Assembly (NCBI GenBank): GCA_905182445.1
Contig: CAJJBM010000019.1
Location: 1 to 48,161 of the forward strand
Reading direction: 5' to 3'
Length of the DNA stretch: 48,161 nucleotides
Origin: Pelagibacteraceae bacterium AG-422-B15
GTDB taxonomy: Bacteria > Pseudomonadota > Alphaproteobacteria > Pelagibacterales > AG-422-B15
Part shown: in pieces, positions 29,285-37,783 of the stretch
Position numbering within the stretch: position 1 is the stretch's first letter
How the letters are laid out: each line of letters starts with the position of its first letter
Notes under the pieces: model-generated
Databases searched by the model: none
The model's input: only the letters and a program-made list of their open reading frames with translations
Told to the model about the DNA's origin: nothing
Made by a program: the position numbers and the translations under genes

Positions 29285-30595
29285 TTAAGAGTCTAGAGCA
29301 CTTGAAATATCAGAAATAATATCATCGATATGCTCAATTCCAATTGACAGTCTTATATAGTTTGGATTAACCCCAGCGGCTTTCATGTCAGGCTCAGATA
29401 ACTGAGAATGAGTTGTAGATGCTGGATGTATAGCTAGACTTCTCGAGTCACCTATATTTGCAACATGATAAAGCATATTAAGATTTTCAATAAATTTTTG
29501 ACCACCTTCTTTACCAGATTTTACTTCAAATCCTATTAAGGCGCCATAGCCACCTCTTAAGTATTTTTCAGATCTTTCTGCTGCAACACCCTCGGCTTTA
29601 CCTGCATATATAACTTTATCAACCTTATCATGGCTTGACAAAAAATCAGCAACCTTGGCAGCATTTTCACAGTGTCTTTCCATTCTTAGGCTTAGTGTTT
29701 CTAGGCCTTGAATAATTTGAAAAGCATTAAATGGTGATAAGCTTGATCCAATATCTCTCAAAAGAACTACTCTTGCTCTAATTATGTAAGCAATAGGTCC
29801 AAGAGGTTTTGTAGCCTCTGTCCATATTGCACCATGATAACTATTATCTGGCTCATTTAATGTTGGAGATCTTTTTGGATCTTTTGACCAATCAAATTTA
29901 CCACTGTCTACAATAATACCACCTATAGAAGTACCGTGACCTCCTATAAATTTGGTCAGCGAATGAATTACAATTGCTGCACCATGAGCTATCGGCTTAC
30001 ATATAACAGGCGCTGAAGTATTATCTATTATCAGAGGAATATTAAATTCTTTACCAATATCTGCAACTTCCTGAATAGGAAAAACTTTAAGTTTAGGGTT
30101 AGGCAAACTCTCTCCATAGTATGCTCGTGTATTATCATCAGTCAGCTTTCTGAAATTCTCTGGATCACTTGGGTCTGCAAATCTAACTTCAATACCTTGA
30201 TCTCTTAAAGTATTAGAAAATAGATTAAATGTTCCACCGTACACATCAGTTGAACAAATTATATTATCACCTGAGCGAGCTAGATTTTGAACACTGATAG
30301 CTGATGCTGATTGCCCAGAACTAAGAGCTAGGGCGCCGACACCACCTTCAAGTGCAGCAATTCTTTTTTCAAGAACATCCAAGGTTGGATTCATAATTCT
30401 TGAGTAAATATTGCCAAAGTCTTTCAGTGCAAATAGATTTGCTGCATGCTCCGTATCATCAAATTGATATGAAGTAGTTTGATAAATTGGAACTGCTACA
30501 GCATTGGTAGTTGGATCAGACCTGTAATCACCGCCGTGTAAGGCTAGAGTTTCAGGATGAGCTGATTCATTGGGTTTAAATTTATTATTAGGCAT
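29285..30595 (-). CDS. metY: O-acetylhomoserine (thiol)-lyase / sulfhydrylase
   Basis: 436 aa; Cys/Met-metabolism PLP enzyme with the PLP lysine in HSLTKFIGGHG. The N-terminus ...ETLALHGG...TNAVAVPIYQTTSY is typical of MetY. Confidence 0.9.
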   Translation of the reverse strand: MPNNKFKPNESAHPETLALHGGDYRSDPTTNAVAVPIYQTTSYQFDDTEHAANLFALKDFGNIYSRIMNPTLDVLEKRIAALEGGVGALALSSGQSASAISVQNLARSGDNIICSTDVYGGTFNLFSNTLRDQGIEVRFADPSDPENFRKLTDDNTRAYYGESLPNPKLKVFPIQEVADIGKEFNIPLIIDNTSAPVICKPIAHGAAIVIHSLTKFIGGHGTSIGGIIVDSGKFDWSKDPKRSPTLNEPDNSYHGAIWTEATKPLGPIAYIIRARVVLLRDIGSSLSPFNAFQIIQGLETLSLRMERHCENAAKVADFLSSHDKVDKVIYAGKAEGVAAERSEKYLRGGYGALIGFEVKSGKEGGQKFIENLNMLYHVANIGDSRSLAIHPASTTHSQLSEPDMKAAGVNPNYIRLSIGIEHIDDIISDISSALDS

Positions 30596-30638
30596 TTCGA
30601 TCTCCTTTTATATTAGTTAAAGTAATCGAATTTTCTGC

Positions 30639-30664
30639 AAAAAAAAACCGCACGTATACGGCGG
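30639..30664 (-). terminator. Intrinsic terminator inside the metY 5' leader (attenuator element)
   Basis: The minus strand reads CCGCCG-UAUA-CG(U)GCGG followed by nine U, about 45 nt upstream of the AAGGAG SD and AUG of metY. No upstream minus-strand gene ends here. Confidence 0.6.
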
Positions 30665-30740
30665 CTTCATGGCTTAGCTGTTAGTGTCCGCAAGCTGCAT
30701 CAAATCGACAAATCAATCCTATTTTAATAAGATGCATAAG
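30639..30740 (-). promoter_or_regulatory. Candidate SAM-responsive riboswitch or attenuator leader of metY (SAM-II/SAM-V class suspected, unverified)
   Basis: A GC-rich structured island in an AT-rich 250-nt spacer, containing a leader terminator, a competing GCGG segment, and repeated CAGCU(U/A)AGC motifs. Literature precedent exists for SAM riboswitches on metY in Pelagibacter. I could not confirm a consensus match by eye. Confidence 0.45.
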
Positions 30741-30810
30741 TAAAGCATATATTTTTGCTATATTAGGTATCATAGTACCTTATATTCAAGATATTGTTTT
30801 ATTTAAATAA

Positions 30811-30839
30811 TTGACAACAAAGCTAGAAACAACTATTAC
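30811..30839 (+). promoter_or_regulatory. Sigma-70-type promoter candidate for rplM-rpsI
   Basis: Perfect -35 TTGACA (30811..30816), 17-nt spacer, -10 TATTAC (30834..30839). The rplM ATG begins at 30846. Confidence 0.4.
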
Positions 30840-30845
30840 ATCGGC

Positions 30846-31310
30846 ATGGCTACAAGTAAAATAATCAAACAAACTTTATCACTTCGTAAAGAGGACGTTG
30901 ATAAGAAATGGGTCCTTATAGATGCTGAGGGTATTGTATTGGGAAGACTAGCCTCAAAAGTTTCAATGATTTTAAGAGGTAAACATAAACCATCTTTTAC
31001 ACCACATGCAGACTGTGGAGACCATGTAATTATTATAAATGCTGAAAAGGTTAAATTTACAGGCAAAAAACTAGATGGTAAAATATACTATTGGCACACT
31101 GGCCATCCCGGTGGGATCAAAAGCAGAACTGCCCGTCAAATTATAGAAGGTAAATTTCCTGATAGAGTAATCAGAATGGCCGTTAAAAGAATGATTCCAA
31201 AAGGACCACTAGGAAGTGTTCAATTATCAAATATGAAAGTTTATGCAGGTAGTATTCATCCACATGAAGCGCAAGCACCAGAAGTATTAAATATTAGTGA
31301 AATGTTATAA
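30846..31310 (+). CDS. rplM: 50S ribosomal protein L13
   Basis: 154 aa; ...[19 protein letters not shown]...[26 protein letters not shown]...K.YY.HTG.PGG. Confidence 0.95.
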   Translation: MATSKIIKQTLSLRKEDVDKKWVLIDAEGIVLGRLASKVSMILRGKHKPSFTPHADCGDHVIIINAEKVKFTGKKLDGKIYYWHTGHPGGIKSRTARQIIEGKFPDRVIRMAVKRMIPKGPLGSVQLSNMKVYAGSIHPHEAQAPEVLNISEML

Positions 31311-31312
31311 TT

Positions 31313-31777
31313 ATGGAAAATACCGAAATCAAAACAGAAGCAGTAGTTGCACCAGTGGAAGTAATAGAGGTGCTCCCTAAGATAGATAGCTTGGGCAGGT
31401 CTTATGCAACTGGAAAAAGAAAAAATTCAATAGCAAGAGTTTGGGTATCAGCTGGTACAGGTAAAATTGTTGTTAATGGCAAAGAGAGTAATAAGTATTT
31501 TACCAGACCAGTTCTACACATGGTAATTAATCAGCCACTAGTCTTAACAAACAAATCATCAACTATGGATATGATGATTACAGTAAGTGGTGGTGGACTA
31601 TCAGGTCAAGCCGGTGCTGTACGTCATGGTATATCAAAAGCTCTTACGCTTTTTGATCCAACCTTAAGGGCTTCTTTAAAATCTGAAGGTTTTTTAACCA
31701 GAGATGCTAGAATTGTTGAGAGAAAAAAATATGGTAGAGCAAAAGCACGTAGACGCTACCAATTTTCAAAAAGATAA
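31313..31777 (+). CDS. rpsI: 30S ribosomal protein S9
   Basis: 154 aa; [11 protein letters not shown] core and C-terminal [11 protein letters not shown]. Confidence 0.95.
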   Translation: MENTEIKTEAVVAPVEVIEVLPKIDSLGRSYATGKRKNSIARVWVSAGTGKIVVNGKESNKYFTRPVLHMVINQPLVLTNKSSTMDMMITVSGGGLSGQAGAVRHGISKALTLFDPTLRASLKSEGFLTRDARIVERKKYGRAKARRRYQFSKR

Positions 31778-31821
31778 TTTTACACTAATTACATCTCTAT
31801 TTTTTTTAAGGCTGACAATAA

Positions 31822-32862
31822 ATGTCAAATTTTATAAATATATCAATTCTAGGTGCAAGTGGTTATGTGGGATCAGAAATGATTCACTTATGTCTCAAGC
31901 ACCCATATATTAAGATACAATCTTTATCTGCGAATGAAACTGCTGGTGAACATGTATCTAAAGCTATACCTGGTTTAAGGAATTCTTTAGATCTTACTTT
32001 TAGTAAATTAGATGAAATAAATTTTAGCAATACAGATTTTATTTTTAGTTGTTTACCACACTCTGAATTACAAGCAAATTTAGACAAAATACCAGATACA
32101 ATTAAGATTATTGATTTATCTGCTGATTTTAGACTAAAAAAATCAGATGATTATGAAAAATGGTATGATTTTAAACATAACTACCCAGGTAAATTAAGTG
32201 AATTTGTTTATGGGCTAACAGAGTTTAATAGAGATAAGATTAAATCAGCAAAATACATAGCTAACCCTGGTTGTTATCCAACAAGCATTTTGATGCCCTT
32301 AATACCATTATTAAGAAATAAAATAATTGATGGTAACAATATAATCATTGATGCTAAGTCGGGTTACTCAGGAGCAGGAAAATCAAAAAAGACTGAAAAT
32401 ATATTTGCAGAAGTTAATGAAAATATAAAGTCATATGGAATTGGTGATCATAGACATATCGCTGAGATTAATCAGGAGCTTTCGCTAGCCAGTGGTGACT
32501 TAATCAAAGTTTTTTTCACGGCAAATTTAATACCAGTAAATAGAGGTATATTATCAAATATTTACTTAAATATTGATGCAAATAAACAGAATGAAATATA
32601 TGAATGTTTAAAGAAATCATTTGTAAATGAAAATTTTATATCACTGTTACCATTAAACGAAGTCCCCGCTACGCGTGAAGTCGTTGGTTCTAATAGAGTC
32701 TCAATTGGAGTGAAAAGGGGGTACAAGGATGATTTATTATGTATAGTATCAGTTATTGATAATCTATTAAAAGGTGCGGCGGGACAAGCGATGCAGAATT
32801 TTAATTTGATGAATGAATTTAATGAAACAACTGCTTTAACTAACAATGCCAATATTCTCTAA
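31822..32862 (+). CDS. argC: N-acetyl-gamma-glutamyl-phosphate reductase
   Basis: 346 aa; ILGASGYVGSE start and catalytic Cys in ANPGCYPTS. Confidence 0.92.
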   Translation: MSNFINISILGASGYVGSEMIHLCLKHPYIKIQSLSANETAGEHVSKAIPGLRNSLDLTFSKLDEINFSNTDFIFSCLPHSELQANLDKIPDTIKIIDLSADFRLKKSDDYEKWYDFKHNYPGKLSEFVYGLTEFNRDKIKSAKYIANPGCYPTSILMPLIPLLRNKIIDGNNIIIDAKSGYSGAGKSKKTENIFAEVNENIKSYGIGDHRHIAEINQELSLASGDLIKVFFTANLIPVNRGILSNIYLNIDANKQNEIYECLKKSFVNENFISLLPLNEVPATREVVGSNRVSIGVKRGYKDDLLCIVSVIDNLLKGAAGQAMQNFNLMNEFNETTALTNNANIL

Positions 32863-33070
32863 AAAAAGATCTATAAAATTATTTTTACTTGCTCTTATAC
32901 TTTCGACAAGTGCCTGCGCCAAAATAAATGAAGGTGAGCCATTTTCTTTTTATAAAACTTTTATTAATCCAGATTATGTTGAGGTAGAGTTTGAAGATTT
33001 TTCTATAGATACTAAGGCTAGTGATGGAAATTTAGATTTAGAAAGTGTTCCTGAGGGTGGATTAGAATGA
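32846..33070 (+). CDS. Small putative lipoprotein of unknown function
   Basis: 74 aa; basic N-terminus, hydrophobic core and Cys (KLFLLALILSTSAC), then an acidic tail. Overlaps the argC end by 17 nt and the hom start by 4 nt (ATGA). Confidence 0.45.
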   Translation: MPIFSKKRSIKLFLLALILSTSACAKINEGEPFSFYKTFINPDYVEVEFEDFSIDTKASDGNLDLESVPEGGLE

Positions 33071-34323
33071 AGAATATAGGAATTGCAGGCCTTGGAACTG
33101 TGGGACAAGGTTTTTTTAATCAGATTAGCAAGAACCATAAAAATTTTAAAGTTATACAAATAGCTGTCAAAAATATTAAGAAAAAAAGAAAAGTAAATTT
33201 AAGAAATATTAAAGTTACCTCTAAAGTTCAAGAGCTTGCTATTAATCCAAATATACAAGTATTAGTAGAGTGTATAGGTGGATCAAGTGGAGTAGCATAT
33301 AAATTAGTAAAGAGAGCACTAGAAAATAAAAAACATATTATTACCGCCAACAAAGCTTTACTTGCAATACATGGAAATGAATTAGTAAAATTAGCTGAGA
33401 AAAATAATGTTTCAATCAGTTATGAAGCTGCCATTGCTGGCGGCATACCTGTGGTGAAAGCAGTAAGAGAAAATTTAAAGTATAATAATATTTCTAAAAT
33501 TTATGGAATTCTTAATGGAACGTGTAACTACATTCTTACTAAAATGGAAAAAGATGGAAAAGACTTTTCATTAGTTTTAAAGGATGCACAAAAATTAGGT
33601 TTTGCAGAACTTGATCCAACTTTTGATATTAAAGGTATTGATGCCGCTCACAAAATTACATTATTATCAAGTTTGGCATTTAATGTTCCCATTAAATTTA
33701 CTTCAACTTATATTGAAGGAATTGATAAAATTGAATTAGATGATTTTAAATTTGCTAAAGAATTTGGTTATAAAATTAAACTGCTAGGTGTAGCAGAAAG
33801 AAAAAAAGTCTCATATGAACAAAGAGTCCACCCATGTTTAATTAAGGAAGATTCTGAAATTGCTAAAGTAGAAAATGAATTAAATGCTGTAGTAATTATT
33901 GACGATATGATTGGAAAAACAGTTTTAATTGGCCCTGGCGCAGGAGGCAAACCTACTGGAGCAGCAATTGTTGCCGATCTTATTGATCTTAATAGAGGCA
34001 ATATTAATCTACCTTTAGGTAATTCAATTTCTCAGTCAAAGAAATTAAAAAACATAAATATTTTAGATAGTAGTTTTGCTTATTACTTAAAAATAGTAGT
34101 AAAGGATGAAGTTGGAGTTATGAGAAGAATTTCTGATATTTTAGCTAGAAATAAAATTTCAATCGATCAGCAAAAACAAGAACACTCCAACAAACGAGGT
34201 TATGCGACTATTGTAATAATTACTCATAAAATAAAAGAAAAAATAGTTTTAAAAGCCATTAAAGAAATTAACAATATGAAGAGAATCAATAATAAGGTTA
34301 AGTTTATTAGAATTGAAGGGTAA
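33067..34323 (+). CDS. hom: Homoserine dehydrogenase
   Basis: 418 aa; NAD-binding start IGIAGLGTVGQG, catalytic domain (...ILNGTCNYILT...), and a C-terminal ACT domain. Confidence 0.9.
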   Translation: MKNIGIAGLGTVGQGFFNQISKNHKNFKVIQIAVKNIKKKRKVNLRNIKVTSKVQELAINPNIQVLVECIGGSSGVAYKLVKRALENKKHIITANKALLAIHGNELVKLAEKNNVSISYEAAIAGGIPVVKAVRENLKYNNISKIYGILNGTCNYILTKMEKDGKDFSLVLKDAQKLGFAELDPTFDIKGIDAAHKITLLSSLAFNVPIKFTSTYIEGIDKIELDDFKFAKEFGYKIKLLGVAERKKVSYEQRVHPCLIKEDSEIAKVENELNAVVIIDDMIGKTVLIGPGAGGKPTGAAIVADLIDLNRGNINLPLGNSISQSKKLKNINILDSSFAYYLKIVVKDEVGVMRRISDILARNKISIDQQKQEHSNKRGYATIVIITHKIKEKIVLKAIKEINNMKRINNKVKFIRIEG

Positions 34324-34325
34324 GT

Positions 34326-35279
34326 ATGAGTAATATTGGTAAAAAGTATTCTACAGGGATATTAAAGTCAGCTGAAATGGCTGCTATAGGAGCGTCTAAG
34401 TTAATAGGTGGTGGCGATAAAGAAGGAGCAGATCAGTTAGCTGTGGATGCAATGCGATCTGCACTTAATGAAATTGATTTTGATGGAAGAATTGTTATTG
34501 GTGAGGGCGAAAGAGATGAAGCTCCAATGCTATATATTGGAGAAAAAGTTGGCACAGGAAATGGTGATGCAGTTGATATTGCTCTAGATCCGTTGGAAGG
34601 TACAACTATTACCTCAAAGGGCATGCCAAATTCATTGGCCGTAATAGCTGCGGCTAATAAAGGTTCAATGTTACATTCACCTGATACGTACATGAATAAG
34701 ATTGCAATTGGTGGTGGCTATGGCAATGATGTGATTGATTTAGATGCAAGTGTTGCAGATAATGTTAAAAGTCTTGCGCAGGCAAAGAAAGTGAACCCAG
34801 CAGATATAACGGCCTGCGTTCTAGAACGTGACCGTCATGCAGATATAATTGAGTCCTTAAGAAGCATAGGCTCAAAAGTTGTTTTAATCCCAGATGGTGA
34901 TGTTCAAGGAGTTATGATGACTTCACAAAAAGATATAGATGTAGATATATATTTTGGAACAGGTGGAGCACCTGAAGGAGTCTTAGCTGCTGCGGCACTT
35001 CAGTGTATCGGTGGACAGATACAAACAAGACTTGTCATTAGAAATGATGATGAGAAACAACGTGCAGAAAAACTTGGTATTAAAGATTTAGATAAGAAAT
35101 ATATGATTGATGATCTTGCTACTGGAGATATAGTTTTTGTTGCTACGGGTGTAACAGAAGGCACTATGGTCAAAGGTGTTAAGAAACTAGGAAGCTTATA
35201 TACAACTCACTCGATTGTTCTAAGGTCTGATGAGCACACTACCCAGTATATTCAAACTCAGTATCCTAATATTAGCTGA
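34326..35279 (+). CDS. glpX: Fructose-1,6-bisphosphatase class II
   Basis: 317 aa; GlpX motifs ...DQLAVDAMR..., IGEGERDEAPML, DPLEGTT. Confidence 0.9.
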   Translation: MSNIGKKYSTGILKSAEMAAIGASKLIGGGDKEGADQLAVDAMRSALNEIDFDGRIVIGEGERDEAPMLYIGEKVGTGNGDAVDIALDPLEGTTITSKGMPNSLAVIAAANKGSMLHSPDTYMNKIAIGGGYGNDVIDLDASVADNVKSLAQAKKVNPADITACVLERDRHADIIESLRSIGSKVVLIPDGDVQGVMMTSQKDIDVDIYFGTGGAPEGVLAAAALQCIGGQIQTRLVIRNDDEKQRAEKLGIKDLDKKYMIDDLATGDIVFVATGVTEGTMVKGVKKLGSLYTTHSIVLRSDEHTTQYIQTQYPNIS

Positions 35280-37051
35280 TGCCGGCTAGATCGATTCCAG
35301 ATTTTAATTCATACACAAACAATAAATGGCAAGTTAAAGCATTTGATGAGCGTCAAGCTGAATTAATTAGTCAAAAGTTTGAAATATCTAACTTAATAGC
35401 CAAACTTTTTTCTATTCGAAATATTGCGATTGACGACATTGCTAGTTATTTAAATCCAACATTAAAAGACAACATACCAGATCCAAATCTCTTAATGGAT
35501 ATGGATAAGGCTTGCGAAAGAATATTAGTGGCACTTAAAGGTAACGAAAAAATTGCCATTTTTGGTGATTATGATGTAGATGGCTCAACATCAACCTCAT
35601 GTTTAATTAGGTATTTTAAATTATTGGGCATTGAAGTTATTTATCATATTCCAGATAGATTTACAGAAGGCTATGGTCCTAATAAGGAAGCTTTTCAAAA
35701 ATTTATAGATCAGAATGTTAATATCATTTTTACACTTGACTGTGGAACTTTGGCGTACAAAGAAATAAAATTTGCAAAAGATAATCTAATAGATGTAATT
35801 GTCATTGATCATCACCAGCCAGAAATTAATTTGCCAGAAGCATATGCAATGATCAATCCAAATAGACTAGATGATACCACTAAATTAGGATACTTGGCTG
35901 CAGTTGGTGTTACGTTCATGTTTATCATTGGTTTAAACCGTAAACTTAGAGAGAATAAATGGTTTGATGATAAGTTGAACGAACCGAATGTTATTTCTCT
36001 ACTCGATATGGTGTCGCTTGGCACTATTTGTGACGTAGTACCATTAGTTGGAGTAAATCGATTACTAGTACAAAAAGGCTTAGAGGTTCTTTCAAAAAAA
36101 CCAAACATCGGGCTGGCAGCATTAATTGAGAAAGCGAATATAAGTAATAAAATATCTACTTATGATCTAGGCTTTAAACTAGGCCCGAGGATAAATGCAG
36201 GTGGTAGATTAGGTAAGTCAAAACACGGTATCGAGCTATTGACTTGTGAAGATGAAACAAGAGCCGCTGATATAGCTACAGAATTAGATAATTTTAATAA
36301 AGAAAGGCAAACAATTGAAGCACATATTCTTAAAACTGCAATTGAATCTTTAACTCCCGAACAAACAAACAAGAAAATTATTTTTGCTTATGGTCAAGAT
36401 TGGCATGAGGGTGTTATTGGAATCATTGCGAGTCGAATAAAGCAAAAGTTTAAGAAGCCTTGTATTGTCTTTTCTATAAAGAATGGAGTTGCAAAAGGAT
36501 CGGGGCGTTCAATTAAGGGTGTTGATTTAGGCAACCTTATTATTGCTGCAACACAAAAAAATATTGTTATTCAAGGCGGTGGCCATGCCATGGCTGCAGG
36601 TTTAACTCTTGATGAAGATAAAATTCCACTACTTCAAAATTTTATTGAAGATCGACTCTCAAATAATAATGATATCTTAAGTACGGACGACATCAATTTT
36701 GCAGATTCTATTATAAATATTACTGCAGTTAATAGTGAACTTTATGATGAGATAAACCAACTTGGTCCTTTTGGATCAAACAACGAAGAACCAAATTTTA
36801 TTATTAAGAGTACTAAAATTACATTTATAAAAGAATTTGGAGATAATCATATCAGGTGTAGTTTAAGCTCTGATATAAATAAAAACGTTGAAGGAATAAC
36901 ATTTAGAAGCAAGAATACGCCATTAGGAGATGCTATTATGAATAATAAGGGAAAATTAGTATCAATTTATGGAAAGATTAAGGTTAATGAATGGGGTGGG
37001 CGAAGAACCCCACAATTTCATATTGAAGATATTGGAGAAGAAATTAAGTAA
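35279..37051 (+). CDS. recJ: Single-stranded-DNA-specific exonuclease RecJ
   Basis: 590 aa; DHH motifs IFGDYDVDGSTS, DCG, VIVIDHHQP, and the DHHA1 motif GGGHAMAAG. Confidence 0.9.
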   Translation: MPARSIPDFNSYTNNKWQVKAFDERQAELISQKFEISNLIAKLFSIRNIAIDDIASYLNPTLKDNIPDPNLLMDMDKACERILVALKGNEKIAIFGDYDVDGSTSTSCLIRYFKLLGIEVIYHIPDRFTEGYGPNKEAFQKFIDQNVNIIFTLDCGTLAYKEIKFAKDNLIDVIVIDHHQPEINLPEAYAMINPNRLDDTTKLGYLAAVGVTFMFIIGLNRKLRENKWFDDKLNEPNVISLLDMVSLGTICDVVPLVGVNRLLVQKGLEVLSKKPNIGLAALIEKANISNKISTYDLGFKLGPRINAGGRLGKSKHGIELLTCEDETRAADIATELDNFNKERQTIEAHILKTAIESLTPEQTNKKIIFAYGQDWHEGVIGIIASRIKQKFKKPCIVFSIKNGVAKGSGRSIKGVDLGNLIIAATQKNIVIQGGGHAMAAGLTLDEDKIPLLQNFIEDRLSNNNDILSTDDINFADSIINITAVNSELYDEINQLGPFGSNNEEPNFIIKSTKITFIKEFGDNHIRCSLSSDINKNVEGITFRSKNTPLGDAIMNNKGKLVSIYGKIKVNEWGGRRTPQFHIEDIGEEIK

Positions 37052-37087
37052 TCATTGATTGATTTTAAATAATTTCAAATATATAAG

Positions 37088-37163
37088 AGTTTTTTTAGGT
37101 CCCTTCGTCTAGCGGTTAGGATATCTGGTTTTCATCCAGAAGATCACGGGTTCGAATCCCGTA
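37088..37163 (+). tRNA. tRNA-Glu (anticodon UUC)
   Basis: Hand-folded cloverleaf: acceptor GGTCCCT/AGGGACC, anticodon stem TCTGG/CCAGA with loop TT-TTC-AT, T-arm ACGGG-TTCGAAT-CCCGT, encoded CCA. Confidence 0.95.
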
Positions 37164-37211
37164 GGGACCGCCATAACTTAAACTTTATAACAATTTTCTC
37201 TAACTGTTTAT

Positions 37212-37763
37212 TTAAATCTTAAGAGCTTTTTCAATTACTTTAATAAACCTTTTAGACGATGGTTTTGTTAAAGGTGTATATCCACCAATCGCATTACCAT
37301 TCTTATCTATTATAATCTTATGAAAATTCCACCTTGGTACACCATCTAACCAACCCAACTCATCTTTAGTCCAGTCAAAAAAAGGATGCGAACCTTTGCC
37401 ATTAACAATTTCTTTAGAAGTCATAGGAAAAGTTATATTAAAATTAGTTTCACAAAATTCTTTTATCTCATTTTCCTGTCCAGGCTCTTGTTTAGAAAAA
37501 TCATTTGCTGGTATACCTAGAACTACTAGACCATCATCACCATAATTATCATACAGTGATTGCAAGCCATCATATTGGTAAGTAAAGCCACATAGACTAG
37601 CGGTATTAACAACTAAAATTGTTTTGCCTTTGTATTCGGATAAGTTAATTTGACTTTCACCATCAATAGATGTGAATGAGAAGTCGTATGCATTGATAGC
37701 CAAACTGTTTCCTCCAATGAGTAAAAATAATGTGATTAATATGTATCTGTAAAAATTAGTCAT
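37212..37763 (-). CDS. Glutathione peroxidase family protein (Cys type, secreted/periplasmic)
   Basis: 183 aa; signal peptide, NTASLCGFT active-site Cys, LGIPANDF..QEPG, and WNFHK motifs. Confidence 0.88.
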   Translation of the reverse strand: MTNFYRYILITLFLLIGGNSLAINAYDFSFTSIDGESQINLSEYKGKTILVVNTASLCGFTYQYDGLQSLYDNYGDDGLVVLGIPANDFSKQEPGQENEIKEFCETNFNITFPMTSKEIVNGKGSHPFFDWTKDELGWLDGVPRWNFHKIIIDKNGNAIGGYTPLTKPSSKRFIKVIEKALKI

Positions 37764-37783
37764 GTAGTTAAAATAAGGTTTAT

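Noticed and set aside
30646-30702. Two tiny ORFs in the metY leader (MQLADTNS and MKPPYTCGFFLQKIRLL) as attenuation leader peptides
   Set aside because: Neither has an SD. There is no run of Met or Cys regulatory codons. The second ORF runs through the terminator in a way that does not give a classical ribosome-stalling logic. A ligand-sensing RNA is the simpler explanation.
31704-31913. 69-aa ORF spanning the rpsI end and the argC start
   Set aside because: It overlaps two well-supported genes in another frame, and its translation has no recognisable features.
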